This document shows, piece by piece, positions 13,636 through 24,400 of a stretch of 64,000 nucleotides of DNA (position 1 is the first letter of the stretch; every line of letters begins with the position of its first letter). The stretch lies in the NCBI RefSeq assembly GCF_009914755.1, contig NC_060936.1; one strand, 5' to 3'. The notes below the pieces were generated by a model. It was not told where the DNA came from. It did no database searches and saw nothing but the letters and a program-made list of their open reading frames with translations. The translations under genes were made by a program, and so were the position numbers. The DNA comes from the human T2T-CHM13v2.0 reference genome, Homo sapiens.

Positions 13636-15535
13636 TAATTTCCACTTTTAACCCAATTATACAAGCCTGAAAACCTTTAAAAAGAAAGGGCCTCCAGTTT
13701 ATTTTTTTATTTCATAGCACATTTTATGGGATTATGGATATCAATTAACTCTTTAAAGTTCCATATAAGATTTGGAGCATAGATGCTTTACTAGAGAGCA
13801 TCCTTAAAGATCAAGCTCTCAAAGATGCTCATCTCCCAAAAGAGATTGGGACCTAGATGCATAAACACTTAAATATAAATATTTGCTCTCTTCTGAACAA
13901 GTATCTCCTGTGGCCTTGGTCTCTACCCCACAAAACAGACATCACATCACTAATCAGGGGTTGCCTCATCATCAGTACCCTCATCATCATCAGTACACAC
14001 CGACTGAGAGGCATGTTGGGTAATGAAAGATGACTGCCTTTGAAGCCGGAAGACTCCATAGGACTTTTGGAGTTCTAGGTCTGCAACATGTTTTTAGTCC
14101 TAGGTCGGCAAGCATGATGTTAGTCATAGGACCTTGAGCAAATTATTTAGCATTTGTACATGTTTCTTTCTACTATTAAAAACATTGAGATTTATCATAT
14201 TTTATGTTTTTTTATTAAGGATCAAGCAAGATAACACACAAAAGTATTTTATAAAATACGGAAATTCCATGCAAAACTTTGTCCTAATTGGAACTATTTT
14301 CTATTAAATACAGCAAATATCCAAGAAGGAATTACCTAAAGCGTAGTGGCTCTCTGACAACACATCATATTTTTACCTCCTTTTCCAGAATAGAAAGAAA
14401 AGGGGGAGGAAAAAAAATCTTCCTACTCTAGGATATACTAATGATTGTTAAATCTTTATGGTATTTTCATGTTATCTATCTGATTTAAATGCAATTTTGA
14501 CTATTTTTACATATTCCTCGTTGTTCATTCATACTGTAGTGCCTTCTTCTATTCCCCCACTTAACAGACTGCTTGATTATATCAGAGGTGCTTATCTGTG
14601 CAACTGTTTACTGGACGAGGGGTATGTAGAAAATACATTGTCCTCATCCTTATGAAATTACACTCATAATCTAGTGTGAGGGATGCACTAATAAAGACAA
14701 TTTTATATTTAATAAGGTCTATAATATGACAGTGACACCAGTGGGGAAAAGGGACTGGTTGGTCTATTTTGATAGGTCAGGGAAGAAATCCAGAGGAGCC
14801 GACATTTAAGTTCATCCTCAAAGGCCAAGTAGGAGTTTGCCATGCTGATGTGGCCCAAGGTAGCCAATCTGTTTGTGAAATATGTACAATGCCAGATGTC
14901 TTAGGTTGAAAGGGAAATATTTTAAGGTGTTCGTAATTTTTCTTTATGTTTAAAAGGGGAAAATGGCAAATATTTTACTTTCTGTTTATGTTTGGATGAT
15001 GTGGATTTTTGTTTTCTATAATTTGACTGGCTTAACTGCAAAGATATCCCTTGCTTTAAAATTTGAAGACACTGCAACTAAATTTTATTTCAGCATTTTA
15101 TATTTTATAACTCTAGGTATAAAAGGCTAACACTTAATTTTCTGAGCATTCATGAAACAAAGTTTTGCAAGAACATTCAAAAGTTACAGATATAATATTT
15201 CCTTCAGAAATTTAGATATAGTACAAAATTCTACAAAGAGCCACATAGAATTGAAACTAAAAGTAAGACCAAAGTAAACATTGGACATAATCTTTATTTT
15301 ATTATCACAAGAAATTAATATAAAGTAACCAAAAGTAAGTAAAGTACCAAAGCATGTTATATATTCAATTCAGAATGGTTAGGGAAGAATATGAAATAAT
15401 TGCAATAGTCTAGCTTGTTTAGTTTTCAAAATAGTGTTTTTACATGCATTAAGAACTAATATAAGGTTGTATTACACGTAGAAATTTTAAGAAGAAAACA
15501 AATAGTGATGACTTTCTATTTTTTTTTCTCTGTAG

Positions 15536-15688
15536 GTTTTCTTATGCAGCTTTCAGTGATTCCAACATCATAACAGTGGTGGTAGACACTGCTCTCTATA
15601 TTGCTAAGCAAAATAGCCCTGTTGTGGAAGTGTGGGATAAGAAAACTGAAAAACTCTGTGGACTAATAGACTGCGTGCACTTTTTAAG
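15536..15688 (+). CDS. LRRK2: LRRK2 exon 48 (WD40; contains Gly2385)
   Basis: ctgtag|GTTTT...TTAAG|gtaaat; 153 nt; FSYAAFSDSNIITVVVDTALYIAKQNSPVVEVWDKKTEKLCGLIDCVHFL(R); GGA codon at 15660-15662. Confidence 0.97.
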
Positions 15689-16975
15689 GTAAATTCTGTG
15701 GTTTTTAATTTTATTCCCAAAAGAATTATCTTTGCACTTCATGTGTCACAGAGGAAGGATTTTTCTTCCTTTCTGCCTCTGAATAGAGAATTTTTTTAAA
15801 ATGCAGAAAAAAATTTGTAATGCTTCTCAGCACCATCTTTTCAGATCAAGAAAATTTTGTCTTCAGAACATAAAAGAATAGGCACATAATGTGCATAGTT
15901 TTCTCATGGTATTACAAAGAATGTTCTCGAATGAAAATACTACATTATTGAAAATGAGCATATTGGAGTCTCTGCTAGCTTTGACATAGTTCTGTCACAG
16001 TGTCAAATATACTATTTATAATTAAATTATGGGCCCCAGGATTATCTGCTCTAAAGAAAAAGAGTCACAAAATAATAGACAAATATGGGGGGAAATGCAA
16101 TGGACTGACCGAGGCGCTAAGGAGTGGGGATCAAGACCCCAGAATGAGAGCATAGTGCTTAGTCTGATGCAGCCTGTGAGTGACAAATCCATAGCAAGCA
16201 CATTCTTTCTGTGCTGGTGCTGAGAAACAGGACCATTTTCAAGCTTATTTGCTAGCCACTTTATATTTTTATTTTGTTTTGATTTTACCATATAGATCTA
16301 TGATACTCTTGAGAACATTTTAGATTACACACTATATCTGTAAAAGGATACTTCAAAGTTTCCTGTCTTAGATTCATCTGACAGTTTTTCTATGGATTGT
16401 GAGAAGGGCTCACAGTTTATGTTCAGAAGGGCCAACAGGTCTCCTTGATAAAGGGTTCCTTACTTCCTGAAGTACCAAAACGATTAGGATTCTTTTATTT
16501 CTGGACACTTCATTTTTGTCATGAATTAGACTATTCACTGGTTCTGGGAAAAAATTCAGTGGTTTGTATCGATATCTTTTACATGTGAATGACTATAATT
16601 TTATGTTCCTTTGTAACATTGAAACTTCATGTAAAACTTTTGACTCTAACTTTTTTTTTTCTTTATCCTGGGCACATGTATGCTATTTTTACTGAATTAG
16701 ATAGCTTTGGTATTTATAAAAATTGTATCCCTCTTATTCATAATTTCCTGAAAATGAAGGGCTATTGTTATCTTTGATAATTTATGCTTCAAGTAAAGAA
16801 GTGTGGCTCTTTGGCATCTGTATTTAGCAAAATTTGCTTTGTATAATTTTAATGATGCATAATGGTGGTGGTGTCATGTTTTAATAATTTAAAATGTTGT
16901 TTATGTTATCATATGTAAATAGCATTTATCTCTTAATTGGTGGTAAAATTATTAATGTATACTTTATGGTTCTAG

Positions 16976-17184
16976 GGAGGTAATGGTAAAAGAAAACAAG
17001 GAATCAAAACACAAAATGTCTTATTCTGGGAGAGTGAAAACCCTCTGCCTTCAGAAGAACACTGCTCTTTGGATAGGAACTGGAGGAGGCCATATTTTAC
17101 TCCTGGATCTTTCAACTCGTCGACTTATACGTGTAATTTACAACTTTTGTAATTCGGTCAGAGTCATGATGACAGCACAGCTAG
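16976..17184 (+). CDS. LRRK2: LRRK2 exon 49 (WD40; Met2397; GC splice donor)
   Basis: ttctag|GGAG...CTAG|gcaagt; 209 nt; EVMVKENKESKHKMSYSGRVKTLCLQKNTALWIGTGGGHILLLDLSTRRLIRVIYNFCNSVRVMMTAQL. Confidence 0.96.
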
Positions 17185-19139
17185 GCAAGTTTCTTTCCTT
17201 TAGATATTTTTCATATTCTCTAAGTCTTATAAAATATGCCTTTATTTTACGTTTACATTTTCTCTGAACTTTCCAGTGTCATATGGATGGTCTTGGAGGG
17301 TCACACAGTGAAACATAAGACTGGTATAAATTGTGAATAGGGTCATTACAGAAGTGGAGGGAGTAAATGCTCTCAGTCCCACAAGAGAAGCAGATTACTG
17401 CAGCTGAACACTCAGTTTGGGTCTTACTTGCTTTTTTCCTTTTTACCTAAGGCAAAAATGGGAAATACATGGTATTGAATATATTTTACTTTTTGAGCAA
17501 AGAAAATAAAGAAAATGTTTGTTTTAATCATAGTCTAGCCTCCCAGCTTGTTAAAGAATCTCATTTGGTTTTTCATTCTATAACAAATCTTTTTTCTTGC
17601 AGCAATACATGCTGAACTGCACAACCTACAAATATTGACAAATCATATTTTACTCAAACTTTGTCTTTTTTTGCTTCTATTTTTATATTTAAATATGATA
17701 AAATTGTGATAGCACATAAAATATATTTTCTGCATAAATATATTTGCGTCTTCCTTTGATAATAATTTGTTTTAGAAAATAACAATAATAGCATATATAC
17801 AAAAGTTTACAAAAACGACACTATGGGGTTTAATTCTGAAAAAAACTAGAATTTATGTAACTTTAGCAAATAATGAATGTTTTGAACATGGTGAAGAAAA
17901 TATATTCATTGCAAGTATATGTGAAAAAGGAACATGTGTTTTTCTAGCACCTTCACCTATTTTTCATTTATAGACTTTAGAGTTGCACAGGAGTTACAAT
18001 TAGATGCTCTTAATGACTGTAAACTATTAAGATACATGTCCACACAAGCAGAGCAGTAGGTCTCTCAATAGGTTGTCTCAGTAGTCTTATTCTACCAAAG
18101 TTGTTGCATTCTCTAGTTGAATTGTATGTACTTTGGGACCCAAATAGCTTGCTTATAACTGAAGTTATAGTGGAATGTCTATGGGTTATAGTTTGATTTT
18201 AAAATAAAGATCAATTGGAGGATAGCCTACAAGGTGCTGCATGAGCTGGCTTCACTGTACCTCTCCTGCCTCCATCATCTACCACATTCCTACCAGATCT
18301 TGCTTGTCTAGATGAACATCCAGTTCTTCTCAATTACTATGCTATATTTTGCCTCAGGGATTTGCACATGCTGTTTATTTCTTTGCTTAGTTAACATAGC
18401 TTTTTTTCATGCTTATTTAACTCATATGCTTTGAAATGTTAGCTCCTGTGTCAAAACCTCTGAGAAGCCAACACTGATTAGGTCAAAGTTCCCGCTTTGG
18501 GTTCCCATAACAGCTTTCTTGCATAGTTTTGATCATGGTCATATTTTTTTTTCATTAATGCTAGTCTCTTCACTAGAATATAAACTCCAAGACGGTTGGG
18601 TTAGTGTGTTTTTGTTTACCCCTTTTTTCCCAGGATCTAGCCTAGGGCCTACATAGAAGACTTTTGATGCAAATTTGTTGAATAAATTAGTGAATGATTT
18701 GAAAAGAAAATATGATATTTTGACATAGTATCAGTATATCCATCCATCTAAGTGTCCATCTAAATACTCATATTTGTACTAAATACTCATATTTGTACCT
18801 TACCATATCCAAAGAACTTTTCACACACATTACCTCGTTTAACATTGTAACTTTGGGAAGGGTAATGTATAAATACTGAGCCTATTTTATAGAAAGGTTA
18901 AGCTGTTTTCTCAGACTCACATAATTAAGAATTGCAGCAAGGAGTGGATCACAGATTTTGTTATTTTTTAAAAAAATGCTGGTCTTTATTCAATATAATT
19001 GAAGGGTCACCTAGAAAATAGAATTGTGAATTCAGTTCCAAGGTATTTGTGTCTTAAACTATGAACAACTTTACTTTTTTTTCAGGCCAGTTTAATATAT
19101 AGTTTTAACAGAAAACTTACATATTTTGTTTTTGTAAAG

Positions 19140-19211
19140 GAAGCCTTAAAAATGTCATGCTGGTATTGGGCTACAACCGGAAAAATACTGAAGGTACACA
19201 AAAGCAGAAAG
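19140..19211 (+). CDS. LRRK2: LRRK2 exon 50
   Basis: gtaaag|GAAGCC...GAAAG|gtaaca; 72 nt; (G)SLKNVMLVLGYNRKNTEGTQKQK(E). Confidence 0.96.
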
Positions 19212-19777
19212 GTAACATTTAGAAGGATACTGTTTTCCAAACAGGGCAATGATGTGAATGATGGTAACATATTATGTGTTTCATAAATTTGTAGAAAATA
19301 TTACATATGGTATAATCAGGAATTTTAATTGGTAGTTTATAGTGTAAAGAACTTAGACATAAATTTTCAAAATTACAAGTGATATGAAGTGTTAAATATT
19401 TATATTTTCAGCTGAAGTAGAGGTGTCAATCACTAGCTCAACCTTAAACGAAATGTGAATATTTTTTACAACTTATCTATATCTACATAATGTCTAATTT
19501 TGAACAGTGTTTGAAAAAGCTTTTATTTCTTTTAGAATATGAAATGTTAATTTATTAAATGTTGATACTCTATTTGAAATTTAATAGTTTCTATAATGTA
19601 TTATAAAACTTTTCCAAGTATAGTTTTTTATAAATAATAATTTAGTACATTAGTTATAGCTGTGTTTATATTTACATTTATCTAAGTCAGCTAAAAATAC
19701 ATGAGCCAAACTGAAATAAAATAAGAATGTTTTATGATGGATCTTTGAAACATGATTTCATTTTTTTCTTTTTCTAG

Positions 19778-19899
19778 AGATACAATCTTGCTTGACCGTT
19801 TGGGACATCAATCTTCCACATGAAGTGCAAAATTTAGAAAAACACATTGAAGTGAGAAAAGAATTAGCTGAAAAAATGAGACGAACATCTGTTGAGTAA
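19778..19899 (+). CDS. LRRK2: LRRK2 exon 51 coding part (C-terminal helix, stop TAA)
   Basis: ttctag|AGATA...GTTGAGTAA; IQSCLTVWDINLPHEVQNLEKHIEVRKELAEKMRRTSVE*, the LRRK2 C-terminus. Confidence 0.97.
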
Positions 19900-20014
19900 G
19901 AGAGAAATAGGAATTGTCTTTGGATAGGAAAATTATTCTCTCCTCTTGTAAATATTTATTTTAAAAATGTTCACATGGAAAGGGTACTCACATTTTTTGA
20001 AATAGCTCGTGTGT

Positions 20015-20022
20015 ATGAAGGA
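20015..20022 (+). promoter_or_regulatory. miR-205-5p 8-mer seed match (ATGAAGGA) in LRRK2 3' UTR
   Basis: Exact complement of the miR-205 5' end UCCUUCAU; miR-205 repression of LRRK2 via the 3' UTR is published. Confidence 0.7.
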
Positions 20023-21396
20023 ATGTTATTATTTTTAATTTAAATATATGTAAAAATACTTACCAGTAAATGTGTATTTTAAAGAACTATTTAAAACACA
20101 ATGTTATATTTCTTATAAATACCAGTTACTTTCGTTCATTAATTAATGAAAATAAATCTGTGAAGTACCTAATTTAAGTACTCATACTAAAATTTATAAG
20201 GCCGATAATTTTTTGTTTTCTTGTCTGTAATGGAGGTAAACTTTATTTTAAATTCTGTGCTTAAGACAGGACTATTGCTTGTCGATTTTTCTAGAAATCT
20301 GCACGGTATAATGAAAATATTAAGACAGTTTCCCATGTAATGTATTCCTTCTTAGATTGCATCGAAATGCACTATCATATATGCTTGTAAATATTCAAAT
20401 GAATTTGCACTAATAAAGTCCTTTGTTGGTATGTGAATTCTCTTTGTTGCTGTTGCAAACAGTGCATCTTACACAACTTCACTCAATTCAAAAGAAAACT
20501 CCATTAAAAGTACTAATGAAAAAACATGACATACTGTCAAAGTCCTCATATCTAGGAAAGACACAGAAACTCTCTTTGTCACAGAAACTCTCTGTGTCTT
20601 TCCTAGACATAATAGAGTTGTTTTTCAACTCTATGTTTGAATGTGGATACCCTGAATTTTGTATAATTAGTGTAAATACAGTGTTCAGTCCTTCAAGTGA
20701 TATTTTTATTTTTTTATTCATACCACTAGCTACTTGTTTTCTAATCTGCTTCATTCTAATGCTTATATTCATCTTTTCCCTAAATTTGTGATGCTGCAGA
20801 TCCTACATCATTCAGATAGAAACCTTTTTTTTTTTTTTCAGAATTATAGAATTCCACAGCTCCTACCAAGACCATGAGGATAAATATCTAACACTTTTCA
20901 GTTGCTGAAGGAGAAAGGAGCTTTAGTTATGATGGATAAAAATATCTGCCACCCTAGGCTTCCAAATTATACTTAAATTGTTTACATAGCTTACCACAAT
21001 AGGAGTATCAGGGCCAAATACCTATGTAATAATTTGAGGTCATTTCTGCTTTAGGAAAAGTACTTTCGGTAAATTCTTTGGCCCTGACCAGTATTCATTA
21101 TTTCAGATAATTCCCTGTGATAGGACAACTAGTACATTTAATATTCTCAGAACTTATGGCATTTTACTATGTGAAAACTTTAAATTTATTTATATTAAGG
21201 GTAATCAAATTCTTAAAGATGAAAGATTTTCTGTATTTTAAAGGAAGCTATGCTTTAACTTGTTATGTAATTAACAAAAAAATCATATATAATAGAGCTC
21301 TTTGTTCCAGTGTTATCTCTTTCATTGTTACTTTGTATTTGCAATTTTTTTTACCAAAGACAAATTAAAAAAATGAATACCATATTTAAATGGAAT

Positions 21397-21402
21397 AATA
21401 AA
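21397..21402 (+). terminator. Likely main LRRK2 polyadenylation signal AATAAA
   Basis: Canonical hexamer ~1.5 kb after the stop, consistent with the known ~9.2 kb mRNA; further AATAAA at 20151 and 20412. Confidence 0.75.
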
Positions 21403-24400
21403 GGTTTTTTAAAAACTTTAAATGCTTTTAAGCATGTTTATGAATTTTTAAACTTTGTGATAGTGTTTTGCTTTTCACATATAGGTCTGTTATCCATCTC
21501 ATAGGAAACTTTGTATTAATTTGTATATGGGACATTCCACAATAAGAAAGTGCAACTAAAGTTTTTTCCTTGATAACTTATGGAATATTTAAATTTAATT
21601 TTCTATAATACATATAGTTGCCAGGATCCCAGGACAAAATCTGATGGGCATGATACATTCTATTTTCAAGTTCTCTTAAAAAGTTTTTGTAAGTAAACTT
21701 GTTTGCTCTTGAGTACTGAAACAAAATATAAGACTTTAGAGCAAATGACATATACAAAAAAAAGGCACAGTCACTTCAACTGTTTTCTGATTAGAAGCCT
21801 AAAATAACTTGCTAATTATGATCAAAATACAAGCATATTATCGTAACAAAATATTCTTTTGGGAAAATTTTGAATTAAGAAAAGGGAGCCTCTTTGACTC
21901 TAATTCTGGTAGGTACTCTATCGATTATGTGTGAACTATTTTAACTAAAACGCAACTTATTTTTCATCAAGGCAGTGAAATATATTGATGAAACATAGCA
22001 GAATTACCAAAAAAAGATTGTCAATTTTCCTAAGTTAAATGTAAGGATGCAAATGTTCTAATATTGAGGGGAGATAAAATTCAAAACCATTGGGACTTTG
22101 CTTCTTTATCCATCACTTTGGGTAGCTGAACACCTAACCTGGTAAATTGAATGTTTTTCATGGAGGCTTATCAGCAATTCAGTAAAATAGTAAACTATGT
22201 CAACTCGGGAGAAACTGACATCCTCATTCTCCATGCTAGCCAGTTTCTCATCCAGGGTGTCATTGTTTCTAATAACAATTCAGAATCTGGCTGCTTAAAG
22301 GCACCTACGTACGTGGTTCTTTCTAATTTGTCAAGGCATTTGGAGTGATCCTATCACCCTGATTTCAAGCAAAAGACAGGGAGGCACCTGACCCAAAGGC
22401 CTGCTGTCTGAACACACTCTGAATGGGTGAGCAGAGATGTGCTTTAAGATAGAACCTAAGGTGGTTCTCTCTATGTGCTGCCCTCACACTGCTCTTGATT
22501 TCTACCCTTACCTGGGAAGTCTCTACTTGATGTCTGTCTTAGGCTAAGAAAAAGAGAAGAGAAAGGGAATGAGTATTAGCATCTGGATTCTGGGGCTGCT
22601 TCTTGGCCTCTGTGAGAATCCACTGTTTCACAGCAATCACAGCCTAGAAAACTAGACTTTATGGAGTAAACAATAGGTATCATTCTGACCTGGGCTTCAC
22701 CACAATCACCCACTGAACACTCCCAAGAGAAGGTTGTTACCATTTATTTATGAAAATACCAAACTATGTGATACATACTCTATTAGAAGTATTATGGAAA
22801 AATAGAGAATATGTCTACCTGGCCAGAGAATAGAGGATCTGGATCACAAAAAAAGTACAAATATTTAAGCAGAGACTTAGGACAAATGGGCATTCAACAA
22901 TTTAGGACACATGGGCATTCTACAATTTCCAGAGTGAAGTAAACATTCTAGGCAGATAAATCACACATGTGCTGTCTTAGGAATGTGAGCTTATTTTGAA
23001 AGCATCCCTATCAAATACGTGCTAAAACTTGTGACAAGTTCCCATTCCTAGAGTACTTACAGGATACACTTAAGTGACTGAAGATGCAAGAGAAATATAT
23101 ATTTGTGTATGGATATAGCATTTTATCATTAATTGAGAGATTATAAAGCTAATGAGCTTTTCTTTGCAGAGGGAGTATTTGTTAGGATGAAATGGGGAGA
23201 GATGTTTCAAACACCAAGTTTATCTTATAGGTTAAGAAATCCTAGAAGGAATCCATGACTTTATGTATATATACAATATATGACAAGAGATTTCCCCATC
23301 TCATTACAAAATGAGCACAAAGTAACTAACTCAAAGCTTTTGCTATTATGATAAAAGTTTAAAAGGCTAGTACATAGCAGAAATGTGATTTACTATAACG
23401 GGGGTCCAGGGGATAAAATATTTGCAAGCTGATTGTCTCATGTTGGCAATGTTTTCATTTCCTACTACGTTAGGTAACACAGATGAGATTGTACATCAGA
23501 GTAAGAAGGCAACCACTAATAGAAGCTGCATGCGGGCAAAAGACTATTCTCTGACCATAAGCTTAGTTTAGATGGATCCTTGCTGCAATCACTAAATTCA
23601 TAAATCTGTGCTAGTATTGGATCAGGAAATCTCTGCACAAGCAGATAAATAAAAACTTTCTGCTTTGGCTGAAATAACTGCTTTTAGGAAAAGAAAGAGT
23701 ATATGCTTATTAATATAGCTTGGGATGTGGACCTCTTTGACGAGACTATACAATTCAAGGTAGACAAAGTATGCCTAAAAATAAATCTAAAATAAACTTG
23801 TATATTCAAATGGAACATATTCTTTAATAATGTCATTTTTAAGGGCTCTGCATTTATTCCATAAATGCTGCCATTATTGTTCAGTTTTTCTTAATTACCT
23901 GCATTCACTTTAGAAAACAGAAAAAAAAAAAAAAACAGAAACAGTTGCAAAAGAAAGCAGCCAGAAAGAACATACATTTAGAATTGAAAAAGACCTTGGT
24001 CTAAATTCTAGATTTGGCATTTACTTAGTAATCTGAACTGGAGCAAGTTGCACAAATGACCAGAGAATCATCTTTTTTTTCTGTAAAATGGCAAGAGTAG
24101 TATACCCACCTTCTAGAAGGATGAGTGTAAATTAAGGAATTGTGCAATTAATTCCCAGGCAAGTCACACACAAGCACCACCTTATGAGGGAATTCATATT
24201 AGAAATCAGTGTCACTAAAAATACTTTTCTCTAATAAAGCACACATTACTATACGTTTTGGATCTTTGGAAGTTGCTCCTGGAAACTACTAATAATAAGT
24301 TCAAGGTGCCAAGGGGTTTAATCTAATTTACCAAACAATTAAAGTGTGAAAAGAAACTACTATCAAGATATTGACTCATTACATTATGTTTTTATGCTTT

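Larger units (their letters stand above)
19900..21430 (+). other. LRRK2: LRRK2 3' UTR (AU-rich, ~1.5 kb)
   Basis: Follows the stop codon; end placed ~25 nt after AATAAA at 21397-21402, which is followed by GT/T-rich sequence; exact cleavage site inferred. Confidence 0.8.

Noticed and set aside
13965-13996. cctcatcatcagtac duplicated
   Set aside because: Short CAT-slippage repeat in mid-intron with no sign of function
20423-20791. 122-aa and antisense 94-aa ORFs in the LRRK2 3' UTR
   Set aside because: Non-ATG start for the longer one, AT-rich low-complexity composition, no recognisable domain; the internal peptide repeat simply reflects the 14-bp direct repeat
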